NCBI RefSeq assembly: GCF_001652585.1
Contig: NZ_LWLG01000014.1
Span: forward strand, 33,260-65,259
Source of the DNA: Thermosulfurimonas dismutans
GTDB lineage: Bacteria > Desulfobacterota > Thermodesulfobacteria > Thermodesulfobacteriales > Thermodesulfobacteriaceae
Reading direction: 5' to 3'
DNA: 32,000 nt
Shown here: positions 9,597 through 18,317 of the stretch, piece after piece
Layout of the letters: every line of letters starts with the position of its first letter
How positions within the stretch are numbered: position 1 is the first letter of the stretch
Program-made: the position numbers and the translations under genes
The notes under the pieces: model-generated
The model's database searches: none
Told to the model about the DNA's origin: nothing
The model's input: only the letters and a program-made list of their open reading frames with translations

Positions 9597-10903
9597 TGGG
9601 CTTAACCGAACTTGAAGCCGCGCGGAAAGGGGAGATCACGCCGGCCATGCGTAAGGCCGCCGAGGCCGACGGGGTTTCCCCGGAGTTCGTCCGCGAAGGG
9701 GTGGCCCGAGGAACCATTGTGCTCATCAAGGCCCCCCAGAGCGGGCGTGCGGTAGCGGTGGGCGAAGGCGTGCGTACCAAGGTCAATGCCTCCATCGGAA
9801 CCTCGAGCGATCTTTGTGATCTCGAGCTCGAGAAACGCAAGGCCCGGCTGGCGGAGGAGGCTGGAGCCGACACCCTGATGGAGCTTTCGGCCGCCGGTGA
9901 TATTGACCACATTCGTCGGGAGATCATCGCCAGTGTCAGCCTTCCGGTGGGAAACGTGCCCCTCTATCAGGCCTTCTGCGACACCATTCGCAAGTACGGA
10001 GACCCTACCAAACTCGATCCCGAGTATCTTTTTGATCTTATTGAACGCCAGTGTGCCGATGGCATCGCTTTCATGGCCATCCACTGCGGGATAAATCTCT
10101 TTACGCTTGAGCGCCTAAAGGCTCAAGGTTACCGCTATGGGGGGCTGGTTTCAAAGGGCGGGGCCCTCATGGCCCAGTGGATGGTGAAAAACCGCAAGGA
10201 GAACCCTCTTTACGAGCAATTCGACCGCCTCTTGGGGATACTCAAAAAATACGATACCGTGCTTTCTCTCGGAAATGGCATGCGGGCCGGAGCCATACAC
10301 GATTCCCTTGATCGGGCCCAGGTGGCCGAGCTTCTCATAAACTGCGAGCTTGCAGAGAAGGCCCGGGAGGCCGGTTGCCAGGTGATGGTGGAGGGCCCGG
10401 GCCATGTGCCGCTTGATGAGATCGAGACCTCGGTGAGGCTCGCTAAGAAGATGAGCGGTGGAGCGCCGCATTACATGCTTGGGCCGCTTCCCTGCGATGT
10501 CGGGGCCTCGCAGGATCACATCACCGCGGCCGTTGGGGCCGCCCTTTCGGCTTGGTACGGAGCCGACCTCATCTGTTATGTCACACCTGCCGAACACCTC
10601 TCCCTTCCCAACGAGGAAGACGTGGTCATCGGGGTGCGGGCTGCCCGTCTTGCGGCCCATATCGGAGATGTGGTCAAGCTCCGGGGACGGGCCGATCTCC
10701 GCGACCGAGAGGTCAGTAAAGCCCGTCGTGAGCTGAAATGGGCCGAACAATTGAAACATCTACTTTTCCCGGAGGAGGCCAAACGAATAATCGAGGAAAG
10801 GCGTTCAGTGAAGGAGAGAAGGTGTTCCATGTGCGGTGAGCTCTGTGCCCTTGAGAACGCTGAGGTGGTCTTCCGAGCCTTTTTGAAGGGAGAGAAGGTC
10901 TAA
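9596..10903 (+). CDS. ThiC-family radical-SAM enzyme (phosphomethylpyrimidine synthase or a ThiC paralog such as a BzaF-type hydroxybenzimidazole synthase)
   Basis: 435 aa with the ThiC landmarks NASIGTS, EGPGHVP, DHITAAVGAA, CYVTPAEHLSLP and the C-terminal cluster motif CSMCGELCAL. Several otherwise conserved strings are altered (see findings). The start ATG overlaps the upstream stop (TAATG). Confidence 0.8.
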   Translation: MGLTELEAARKGEITPAMRKAAEADGVSPEFVREGVARGTIVLIKAPQSGRAVAVGEGVRTKVNASIGTSSDLCDLELEKRKARLAEEAGADTLMELSAAGDIDHIRREIIASVSLPVGNVPLYQAFCDTIRKYGDPTKLDPEYLFDLIERQCADGIAFMAIHCGINLFTLERLKAQGYRYGGLVSKGGALMAQWMVKNRKENPLYEQFDRLLGILKKYDTVLSLGNGMRAGAIHDSLDRAQVAELLINCELAEKAREAGCQVMVEGPGHVPLDEIETSVRLAKKMSGGAPHYMLGPLPCDVGASQDHITAAVGAALSAWYGADLICYVTPAEHLSLPNEEDVVIGVRAARLAAHIGDVVKLRGRADLRDREVSKARRELKWAEQLKHLLFPEEAKRIIEERRSVKERRCSMCGELCALENAEVVFRAFLKGEKV

Positions 10904-11098
10904 GAGGAAACATCAGTACCTAAAAAACGTCTGAGTTGCGGTTTAAGTCTCTCCCTCGCCCGGGGCTGAGAATCATGTCCTCCTTTCGGATAAAGGCGTT
11001 AGGCGAGCACCTATCCACATAAAGTTCAAAATCGCGACAAAGTTCCGGCCCAGCCTCCGGGTTTAATCGTTCCAAAACTTAGGCAAGGAGGTTGGGCT

Positions 11099-12547
11099 AT
11101 GAGGTTCGGAAGTAATGGATGGCTGGTTTTCGGGCTGATGTTTATAGCGATGCTGGTCTTAGGGGCCGGGGCCTTCGCGGCTTCGCGGATAGACGATCCC
11201 CTGCTTAGGGTTCTGGTACGCAAGGGGATACTTACTGAGGAGGAGGCCTTGGAAATCAAGCGGGAGGCGGAGCTTGAGGCTCAAAAGGAGAACGAGGCCA
11301 TTGCAAAGGCTGCGGCCGATAAAGTGAAAAAGGAAGGCCTGGTGCTGCCGAAGGGGCTAAAGGGGGTGAAGCTCGGGACTCTCACTTACATCGATTACTC
11401 GAACGGTTACGGGCCCTTCGATTCGGGAAAGGAAGAAGGCCAGAGCTACTTTGCCATCACCCGGGCCTATTTCAACTTCAAGAAGAAGATCACGCCATGG
11501 CTTTCCTTCCGCTTCACCCCGGATCTCCATGGCGGAAATGCCGATGACTACGACCTCCGTATCAAGTACGCCTATGCGGAGTTCAAACTTCCGAACTTGG
11601 GCTTTTTTACCGATCTTAAAATGGAGGTCGGACAGGGGCACTTTCCCTGGCTCGATTTCGAAGAACACATGAACCCCTACCGCATGCAGGGGACTATGGC
11701 CCGGGAGTTTTTCGGGACTTTCAATTCCGCCGACCGAGGGATATCGCTGGCTGGTTACCTCGGGGGCAAACTCGATAAGTCCTATGTGAACCGGCTCACG
11801 GTCCACTATCCGGTCTTTGATCACTACGCCGGGAAGTACGGTTCCTTTTGGTTCTCCTACATGAACGGTTCGGGCTATCACGGCCGGGAAACCAATGAGA
11901 ACAAGGGTTTTGAAGGCCGGATCACGTTAAGACCTTTCGGTACCCGCACCTCCGGTTCTTTTCCGCTCGCCGGTTTGCAGTTCAGCTACTTTTTCATTCG
12001 GGCAAAGGGCGGAGATAAAGCTGATTTAAACCCCTTCCGCAAACCGGAGTATCCCGACTACAACGTGGATCTTTTGATGTTGTCCTACCAGCATCCCTGG
12101 TTTGTGATCGCGTTACAGTATAGCACCTCCGAGGGCAACAGCGCTGGAAGCTGGGTGGTGGATACCGATGGGGACGGTATCGGAGACGAGGAGCTTGAGA
12201 CCCGCTGTTGGTCTCTCTTTGCGGATGTGACTTTGCCTATTTTCAACGAAAGACTTCACCTCTTTGGCCGCTATGACCGTTTCGATCCCAACGACGGAGA
12301 CGATTTTTATGATGGCACGAGGTGGGTTTCGGACTCAAACGACGAGGCCGAACACTACATGGTGGGTCTGGCCTACTATCTCACCGGGAAGAACATCCTC
12401 ATGCTGAACTTCGAGTGGCTGAACTACGCACGCAATTTCCGCAACTCGAGCGACCAGTTCACCAAATGGGGGAAATATGACCCCTCTGGAAACGACCGGC
12501 TGGACGATGGCTTCCGGGTGCAGACCGTGTTGCAGATAAGTTTTTAA
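11099..12547 (+). CDS. Outer-membrane beta-barrel porin (OprO/P-like) with an N-terminal coiled-coil segment
   Basis: 482 aa with SD aaggagg upstream and a signal peptide (WLVFGLMFIAMLVLGAGAFA). It has alternating amphipathic strands rich in Y/F/G/D and a C-terminal ...VLQISF ending in Phe, as in OM barrels. Confidence 0.65.
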   Translation: MRFGSNGWLVFGLMFIAMLVLGAGAFAASRIDDPLLRVLVRKGILTEEEALEIKREAELEAQKENEAIAKAAADKVKKEGLVLPKGLKGVKLGTLTYIDYSNGYGPFDSGKEEGQSYFAITRAYFNFKKKITPWLSFRFTPDLHGGNADDYDLRIKYAYAEFKLPNLGFFTDLKMEVGQGHFPWLDFEEHMNPYRMQGTMAREFFGTFNSADRGISLAGYLGGKLDKSYVNRLTVHYPVFDHYAGKYGSFWFSYMNGSGYHGRETNENKGFEGRITLRPFGTRTSGSFPLAGLQFSYFFIRAKGGDKADLNPFRKPEYPDYNVDLLMLSYQHPWFVIALQYSTSEGNSAGSWVVDTDGDGIGDEELETRCWSLFADVTLPIFNERLHLFGRYDRFDPNDGDDFYDGTRWVSDSNDEAEHYMVGLAYYLTGKNILMLNFEWLNYARNFRNSSDQFTKWGKYDPSGNDRLDDGFRVQTVLQISF

Positions 12548-12552
12548 AATCG

Positions 12553-12579
12553 GGCTAGGGGGCGGAAAGCCCCCTAGCC
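12553..12579 (+). terminator. GC-rich hairpin after the porin gene
   Basis: Perfect 10-bp stem ggctaggggg / ccccctagcc with loop cggaaag, 6 nt after the stop. There is no clear U-tract on the + strand, so terminator function is uncertain. Confidence 0.4.
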
Positions 12580-12602
12580 AACCGAAAACAGGTCTTCTGG
12601 AA

Positions 12603-12633
12603 GAATATAAAAGGAAAATTCGGCCGGGCCGAA
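12603..12633 (-). terminator. Rho-independent terminator of the minus-strand AAA-to-kinase block
   Basis: On the minus strand, ttcggcccggccgaa (5-6 bp stem) is followed by ttttccttttat. It lies about 27 nt downstream of the histidine-kinase stop. Confidence 0.55.
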
Positions 12634-12659
12634 ACTGGAGTAACTTCATAGGGAAATAC

Positions 12660-14030
12660 TTAAGAAGATTTTGGAGAAATAGGTAAGATTATTTCCACTC
12701 GTGTCCCTTTGCCTTCCTCGGAATAGATTTCTATTTCTCCTCCCAGGCTCTTTACCAGATTATAGGTGATGGCCAAGCCCATACCGGTGCCATCGGGTTT
12801 GGTGGTGAAGAAGGGGTCAAAGACCCGGTTAAGGATTTCTTTGGGAATCCCGGGGCCGGTGTCTTTTATCGTTATGACTACGTGATCGTCGTCTTTAAGA
12901 GCGGTTTTTACGCGAAGTTCCCCTCCACCCTCCATGGCCTGAATGGCATTTAGGATGACGTTTAAGAAGATTTGTTTCAAGGCCTCTGGAGAACTCTGGA
13001 TGGCAGGAAGATCCGCAAACTCGGTATGGATTTCTATTTTGTTTTTTCTGGCCTGAAAGCCGATCAGTTTCAAAGTCTCTTCGAGTATAGAGTTGACTTG
13101 GGTTTCAACGAATTTGAGGTCCTGACGTTGGCTTCTAGCAAACTCTAGGAAGTTTTTAACGAGACGATCTATGCGTTTAATTTCCTTTTCTATGATTTCG
13201 AAAGTCTCGGGCCGAGCTTTTCCCATTTTTAAAAGCTCAATGGAAAGGGAGATAGAAGTTAGGGGATTCTTGATTTCATGGGCCACTCCGGCCGCAAACT
13301 GGCCAAGGGCATAAAGCCTTTCCGAACGGGCCATCCGTTCATGAGTGCGTTTTATTTCTTCTACTAATTCCTTTAGCTGAAGCGACATGCGGTTGAATGA
13401 TTCCACTAGTTCTGCAATTTCGCCCACGGCTTTGACTTTTATGGTTTTTCCAAAATGTCCTTTTCCGATTTCCCGGGCCGCTTGATTAAGGACGAGGATG
13501 GGTTTAGCTACTCGACGGATCATCCAAAGGGCCGCCAAAATGCCGGTCAATACGATTATTCCTATTAGTAAAAGAAGTTTACTTTCGGTGGCCTGTAGCC
13601 TTGAAAGGAGAAGATCCTTCCGAAGGCCCATTTTCAAGGTTCCAAGCCTGCCCAGTTCTTCCGTTTTAATCTCTATAGAGATCTCAAAAACATCCTTCTC
13701 TTGAATCTCCTCTATTTTGGGATAGTGAAAAAGAGGTTTCCCGTCTTTGTCTTCTAAGATAATCCAGGATATGTGAGGGTCATTTTTGATTACATTTTTG
13801 AAAATGGTATAAATGGTATAAAAATCTTCGTACAGAAGAGGTTCCACTATTTCATGGGCTAAAAGTCTGGCTTGAGAGATATGCTCCTCTAAAAAGGCCT
13901 TGGTAAAGAACTTTTTCTCTTCTTTAATGATCAAGACAGAAATCAAAGCGGTGGTTATGACTATGACCAAAGTTATGGCCATTGAAAATTGAAAAACGAT
14001 ACTTTTTGATATCCTTTTTAGAGTGAACAT
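12660..14030 (-). CDS. Sensor histidine kinase (2 TM + periplasmic domain, HAMP, HisKA, HATPase_c)
   Basis: 456 aa with the H-box [17 protein letters not shown]-box [11 protein letters not shown]1 IKDTGPGI and G2 GTGMGLAI. Two hydrophobic helices flank a segment of about 115 aa. No response regulator is present in the window. Confidence 0.9.
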   Translation of the reverse strand: MFTLKRISKSIVFQFSMAITLVIVITTALISVLIIKEEKKFFTKAFLEEHISQARLLAHEIVEPLLYEDFYTIYTIFKNVIKNDPHISWIILEDKDGKPLFHYPKIEEIQEKDVFEISIEIKTEELGRLGTLKMGLRKDLLLSRLQATESKLLLLIGIIVLTGILAALWMIRRVAKPILVLNQAAREIGKGHFGKTIKVKAVGEIAELVESFNRMSLQLKELVEEIKRTHERMARSERLYALGQFAAGVAHEIKNPLTSISLSIELLKMGKARPETFEIIEKEIKRIDRLVKNFLEFARSQRQDLKFVETQVNSILEETLKLIGFQARKNKIEIHTEFADLPAIQSSPEALKQIFLNVILNAIQAMEGGGELRVKTALKDDDHVVITIKDTGPGIPKEILNRVFDPFFTTKPDGTGMGLAITYNLVKSLGGEIEIYSEEGKGTRVEIILPISPKSS

Positions 14031-14863
14031 TCCAATATGTAATTTGCGTAGGAATATAGTTCGGGTCTCGGTGGAACGAAGTGGTCTATTCTCATCTTTT
14101 TAAGGATTTTTTTGCCTTCTAGATCTTTGTCCATCTTGAGGAGTATTTTGAGGACCTTTATTCGGAAATCTTTGTCGCTTTGCGGGGACGATACCAGGGG
14201 TGGAATGCCGAAGAGAGGAGATTTTTCGATGACTTTGGTCTTGGAAATAAAATGGATCTTCCTCTCCAGAAGGTTTTCATAAACTAAGCTATCCACAGAA
14301 GCCCCTTCTACTACCCCCTCGGCGACAAGCTCAATGGATTTGTCGTGTGAATAAGAGAAGAAGGTGCGTTCGAAGAATTTTTCAGGTGTGGTCCCCAATC
14401 GTTTGAGCCTATAAAGTAAGTAGAGTCTTCCTGTAAGGGAAAGAGGATCGGTGAAAACGAAACTTTTTCCTTGGAGGTCTTCAAGACGTCGGTAAGGTGC
14501 CTCGCTATTCACAATAATATAGGCTTGATAATAGGGCCTACCGTACATCACGGGAATGGCCAAAAGTGTTAATCCGAAATCTTTGTGTCCCGCTAAATAG
14601 GCCCCGGTGCACACGTGTCCGAAATCGGCTTCCCCGTTTGCAAGCATGCGGTTTACTTCGATATAGGTGTGCCTTTGTTTGAGGATTACCCTTTTTCCTA
14701 ATTTAGCGGAAAGATACCTTACGAATTCCTGATAGGTAGCAATAGTAATATTAGGGGAAACCATAGGTGAAACTACGAAGATATAGACCTCTTTACCTTC
14801 CCCTTTCGGGGCTTGAAAAAAGATAGTAAAAAGTAGAAATAGAACATACCTTTTCATGTCCAA
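14018..14863 (-). CDS. Periplasmic PhnD-like (phosphonate/phosphite ABC-type) substrate-binding protein, probable sensor partner of the kinase
   Basis: 281 aa with a signal peptide (MKRYVLFLLFTIFFQA). It has the type-2 periplasmic-binding-fold pattern (ANGEADFGHVCTGAYL...YYQAYIIV...FTDPLSLTG). Its 3' end overlaps the kinase start by 13 nt. No ABC permease or ATPase genes are nearby. Confidence 0.6.
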   Translation of the reverse strand: MDMKRYVLFLLFTIFFQAPKGEGKEVYIFVVSPMVSPNITIATYQEFVRYLSAKLGKRVILKQRHTYIEVNRMLANGEADFGHVCTGAYLAGHKDFGLTLLAIPVMYGRPYYQAYIIVNSEAPYRRLEDLQGKSFVFTDPLSLTGRLYLLYRLKRLGTTPEKFFERTFFSYSHDKSIELVAEGVVEGASVDSLVYENLLERKIHFISKTKVIEKSPLFGIPPLVSSPQSDKDFRIKVLKILLKMDKDLEGKKILKKMRIDHFVPPRPELYSYANYILECSL

Positions 14864-14890
14864 TTAAAGATAACAAGATTTTGGAAATTT

Positions 14891-15496
14891 TTAAGGTGTG
14901 CTCGTTCGTACCAAAGGCCACGTTTCGGGAGGATCTCCGCGGCCTACGGAAAGGCCAAGGGCATGGGCTTCTTTTAAGGCCGAGGGGTGCTTTTTGATAT
15001 CGTTCCTTTTTTCTATACCCCTGAAAAATAGCCCTCCCTGATATTCGGCATTAATGGCGTCAAAGAAGTACCGAACGACCCGTTGAACCCCTTCAAAGAG
15101 CTTCTTACCCTTGGTGGCTCCGAGAGAAAGGAAGATGCCGTGCCTTTTCTTCTGGGCCGTCTCTTTCAGCATATATTTTCTGACCCAGCAGGCCTGAGAG
15201 CGCTCCACCAGGGCCTGGGTGCGGGAAGATATGTTGTAAAAGAAGATGGGTGAGGCCAATACGATCACATCGGCCTCAAAGAGTTTGGGATAAAGAGGCG
15301 AGAAATCGTCCTCGAGCACGCACTCCCCGGTCTCGTCACAACCGCCGCACTCGATGCAAGGCGAGAATTCGAGCCGGTAGAGATCGTACTTTTCTACCTC
15401 CGCTCCGGCTTCCCGAGCGCCTTCCAAAAAGGCCTTGAGCAGGGTGTCCGTGTTGCCTCCTATCCTAGGACTTCCTTGAAAGGCAAGGATTTTCAC
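14891..15496 (-). CDS. Iron-sulfur flavoprotein (Isf-like, NADPH-dependent FMN reductase fold)
   Basis: 201 aa with a flavodoxin-like opening MKILAFQGSPRIGGNT. The compact Cys motif CIECGGCDETGEC (Cx2Cx2Cx5C) is as in Methanosarcina Isf. Confidence 0.75.
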   Translation of the reverse strand: MKILAFQGSPRIGGNTDTLLKAFLEGAREAGAEVEKYDLYRLEFSPCIECGGCDETGECVLEDDFSPLYPKLFEADVIVLASPIFFYNISSRTQALVERSQACWVRKYMLKETAQKKRHGIFLSLGATKGKKLFEGVQRVVRYFFDAINAEYQGGLFFRGIEKRNDIKKHPSALKEAHALGLSVGRGDPPETWPLVRTSTP

Positions 15497-15498
15497 CG

Positions 15499-17328
15499 TT
15501 AAACCTTCCCCGATGGGGGATTGATATATTTGTCCGCGTATTCCCGGACATGGTGGCCTTCGAGCACATGAAAGGTCCGGATTCGGTGAAGGAGGATGGG
15601 CGAGAAGGAACCTAGAGGTAGATAGATGACCTTTTTGCCCTGTCTGGCGGCGAAGTTTCTGGCCAGAGCCGTAGGAGGCCTTCGGGCCACATAGACGACG
15701 TACCTCTCAAGGGAGTAGTCAATGGCGGCTACCAGCAGTCTTTCGGCCTTGGTGCGTGCGAAGTCGAAATAGGGATCCTCCCAGATGTCGTAGACTCGCA
15801 TGGGAGGGTAGGTGAGCATGAACCCCCCGTAGGTGCAACGAGATATTCCTGGACCAACCACTACCTCTCCGGGTGGGGTAGCGTAGAAGGCCATGTCCGA
15901 TTCCTGGTCGTGTTCCCCGTGCCAGGTAAGTTTCCAGGGATAGCGTTCCCGGCCCTCTCCCCCGGGAGAATCTTCGTCGAAGATGACCACCACCGACCCG
16001 GCTTTGCCCGTGGCCACCGGGGCGTCCACCACGTAGATCCGGCCTTCGTGCCATCGTCTGATGGTTTCTCTTATGTCCGGCCCGTCCTTCATGGAGACCG
16101 TGAAGGGCTCAACCCGCCTGAGCTCCTCCGATATCACCCTCAGGGCCCGACGCATGACGTCCCGCCCGAAGTTTTCGATCACGATATCCTCCGGGGGGAA
16201 AGAACAGATGTATCCGCCTCGCCAGGCCTCTTTCCATTCCCCGTAACGTCTTTCGGTGGGCCGCTTTTTGATCGGGATTAGGCGCTGACGGTGCAAAGGC
16301 TTCATCCTCCGGAAGAAGCGGATCTTTTTGTGGGGCTTCATCAGGTCTTCGAGCCTCAAGTCCAGGGGGACCAGGTCAGGGACATCCTGCTGGTAGGGGT
16401 AACGGGTTCCGATCTCCCAGAGGTGCCAGGCAAAATCGTCTCCACCCACGCCACGGGCCGCGACCAGCAACTGATAGAAGTCTGGAGTGAGTCGAGCCGA
16501 AAGCAGGGCGTAATTGCGGGCAAACTGGCGGAGGACGGAGAGGTTCCGTGGGGGGATCTTTTCTTGGAACTCTCTCTCGTAGGCTTTACAGGCCTTTGCA
16601 AGGAGGTCCTCATGAAGGCGCAAACGATCGAGGGGAAGATGGCCTTCCCTCCGGGCCTCCTCGTAGGCTCCCTGAAGGAAGCCGACCTCTGAGAGTACCT
16701 CCCGAGAGCCTTCAAAGGAAAGGTGAAAGAGCTTTATGCCTTCACGGTGCGTACGTGCAAAGGGGGTCGGCAGACTCGGCCGTTTCAAAGTTTCGACCAC
16801 CGGTTTGATGTGTACCAGGCCACCCACAAAGGCCACCCTCGAGAATCTCCCGGAGAGCTTCTTCAGACCGTAGGCCATGGACAGCTCACGGCTTTCATCT
16901 TGGGGAAGCCTTTGGAATTCGTGCTTTAGGGCTTCTTCTACATAGCGCTCGTAGCCCAGACGGTACACCAGATAGGTGTCTGGGAAGGGGTCTTTCCGAC
17001 CCGTATAACCCTCAAGATCTAGATCCACGAAAAAGACCGGAATCCCCCTCTCTATAGCGAATCTTACGGCTTCGATCAGGGGTTCAACCGGTTCCACAAT
17101 GAGATAGACCTCTGTGCCGTCCTGTTCTTGATAGGTAATTACCGATAAATAGGGGAGGCGCTTTACTCCTCGTAGAATGGCTTCCGAAAGAGTCGGAGGA
17201 TACTCCACGGCCACCGCTTCGGGGGCTATTTCAGTGAGTTTTTGATGTACGGCTTGGGCGAATTCCAGGTTCCCGTGAAGGACCGGTAGAAAATAGAATT
17301 CGGTACCCTGATCGATTACGCGTAGCAT
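15499..17328 (-). CDS. Uncharacterised 609-aa soluble protein, partner of the upstream AAA+ ATPase
   Basis: Long uninterrupted ORF 8 nt after the ATPase gene and 2 nt before the flavoprotein gene. I could identify no TM segments, no MIDAS (DxSxS) motif and no known catalytic motif. The N-terminus FYFLPVLHGNLEFAQAVHQKLTEIAPEAVAVEYP is reminiscent of TraB/GumN/ChaN-type openings. Confidence 0.8.
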   Translation of the reverse strand: MLRVIDQGTEFYFLPVLHGNLEFAQAVHQKLTEIAPEAVAVEYPPTLSEAILRGVKRLPYLSVITYQEQDGTEVYLIVEPVEPLIEAVRFAIERGIPVFFVDLDLEGYTGRKDPFPDTYLVYRLGYERYVEEALKHEFQRLPQDESRELSMAYGLKKLSGRFSRVAFVGGLVHIKPVVETLKRPSLPTPFARTHREGIKLFHLSFEGSREVLSEVGFLQGAYEEARREGHLPLDRLRLHEDLLAKACKAYEREFQEKIPPRNLSVLRQFARNYALLSARLTPDFYQLLVAARGVGGDDFAWHLWEIGTRYPYQQDVPDLVPLDLRLEDLMKPHKKIRFFRRMKPLHRQRLIPIKKRPTERRYGEWKEAWRGGYICSFPPEDIVIENFGRDVMRRALRVISEELRRVEPFTVSMKDGPDIRETIRRWHEGRIYVVDAPVATGKAGSVVVIFDEDSPGGEGRERYPWKLTWHGEHDQESDMAFYATPPGEVVVGPGISRCTYGGFMLTYPPMRVYDIWEDPYFDFARTKAERLLVAAIDYSLERYVVYVARRPPTALARNFAARQGKKVIYLPLGSFSPILLHRIRTFHVLEGHHVREYADKYINPPSGKV

Positions 17329-17336
17329 CCGTTCGT

Positions 17337-18203
17337 TCAGTTCACCGGCCGAAGATGAGGCCTTTCGCTGGCTCCATTTTCTGGGAAGTAGATCAGGGCT
17401 TCGGTTCCGAGTACCTGCAGGATGGACTCCTTCAGGACCTCCGCTAGCGACCTCCCGGAATCAAAGCTTTTGAGGCGTTTTAAGGCGTAGCGGCCGATGT
17501 TCACCCCGTCCCTTACGCTGTATGGTTCTCCATGGCGATGTGCGGCCTGGAGAAAGGCCACCAGGTAATTCAGGATCTCTTCCTCGGCAAAGGGCAGGTT
17601 GGCCCTTAAGATCTCCTTTTCCTCTTCAGCCTCGGGAAAGTCCACAAAGATCTGCGGCTGGAGCCGGGAATGGATGTATTCTGGAAGATCGAAGGTGGAG
17701 GCGTCCTCGTTCATGGTCACACAGAGGCGAAAGTCTGGATGGGCCTTGATCTTGATCCCGGCCACGATGGATTCCACATATCGCCGGGAGTCAAGAAGCG
17801 GGGCCAGCGAGGCCCAGCTCTTCTCGCTCATACGGTTGGCCTCGTCGATGATGGCCACCCCCCCACGGATCATGGCCGTAACAATGGGGCTGGCCATGTA
17901 CCTGATGCGGCCCTCCTCGGAGATTACCGGGGTTACGATGAGGTCTTCCGGACGGGTGTCCACCGTGGCCTGGAAGATATAGACCTCGCGAGCAAGCCTT
18001 TTGGCCGCAGCATAGGCCAGAGTGGTCTTGCCTACCCCGGGTTTACCCACCAACCGAGGATTCAAAGGCAGATCCCTTTCGTCCACTACCATCCAGGCCG
18101 CAAGGATCTGCCGGAGGACATCCTCCTGCCCCACGCAGACTAGGTTGAGTTCGTCCGGATGGGCCAGGTGCAGGGTTACCCCTTCGATAGTGACTGTTTC
18201 CAT
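17337..18203 (-). CDS. MoxR/CbbQ/NorQ-class AAA+ ATPase
   Basis: It has Walker A LVGKPGVGKTTLA and Walker B GVAIIDEANRM in a single AAA+ module of about 288 aa. I place the start at the ATG at 18203 (METVTIEG...), which has GGAG 7 nt upstream. The track's ATG at 18317 would add a 38-aa low-complexity extension and leave no divergent promoter space. Confidence 0.85.
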   Translation of the reverse strand: METVTIEGVTLHLAHPDELNLVCVGQEDVLRQILAAWMVVDERDLPLNPRLVGKPGVGKTTLAYAAAKRLAREVYIFQATVDTRPEDLIVTPVISEEGRIRYMASPIVTAMIRGGVAIIDEANRMSEKSWASLAPLLDSRRYVESIVAGIKIKAHPDFRLCVTMNEDASTFDLPEYIHSRLQPQIFVDFPEAEEEKEILRANLPFAEEEILNYLVAFLQAAHRHGEPYSVRDGVNIGRYALKRLKSFDSGRSLAEVLKESILQVLGTEALIYFPENGASERPHLRPVN

Positions 18204-18317
18204 AGAATTGCTCCAAGTAGAAAGCTTATTAAGAATTTTAACATCCAGGGTATAATTTGTACATTCTTTACCAGGAATCCAGCTTGAACTCTTCTTTGCA
18301 AAATATCTGCTGGCCAA
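18204..18317. promoter_or_regulatory. AT-rich divergent promoter region between the AAA+ block (-) and the DUF362 gene (+)
   Basis: On the minus strand, TGTACA (18263-18258), a 17-nt spacer, then TAAAAT (18240-18235). On the plus strand, TATAAT at 18251-18256. The two -10 elements are back-to-back within 22 bp. Confidence 0.4.

Noticed and set aside
9484-10830. Several 84-202-aa minus-strand ORFs (9484-9927, 9602-10084, 10151-10759, 10576-10830)
   Set aside because: All are antisense to, or out of frame with, the ThiC-family gene. They have R/S/P/G-rich composition typical of spurious frames in GC-rich coding DNA.
10955-11007. TPP-riboswitch-like string (cggggctgaga) inside a small nested stem structure (ctcgcc...ggcgag) downstream of the ThiC-family gene
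   Set aside because: It is only about 53 nt and lacks the ACCUGAUCUGGAUAAUGCCAGCG-type pyrimidine-sensor helix. It also lies after the gene rather than before it. It may still be a small leader or terminator structure for the porin or thiC-like genes, but it is not a THI element.
15719-16808. Multiple 61-133-aa ORFs on both strands inside the 609-aa gene
   Set aside because: They are nested in or antisense to one long uninterrupted frame. Their compositions are R/G/P-rich and none has a start-site context.
18204-18317. 38-codon N-terminal extension of the AAA+ ORF (track start at 18317)
   Set aside because: The extension (MASRYFAKKSSSWIPGKECTNYTLDVKILNKLSTWSNS) is not AAA-like and has no SD. 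It would abut the divergent gene with zero promoter space. The internal ATG at 18203 has GGAG at the right distance.
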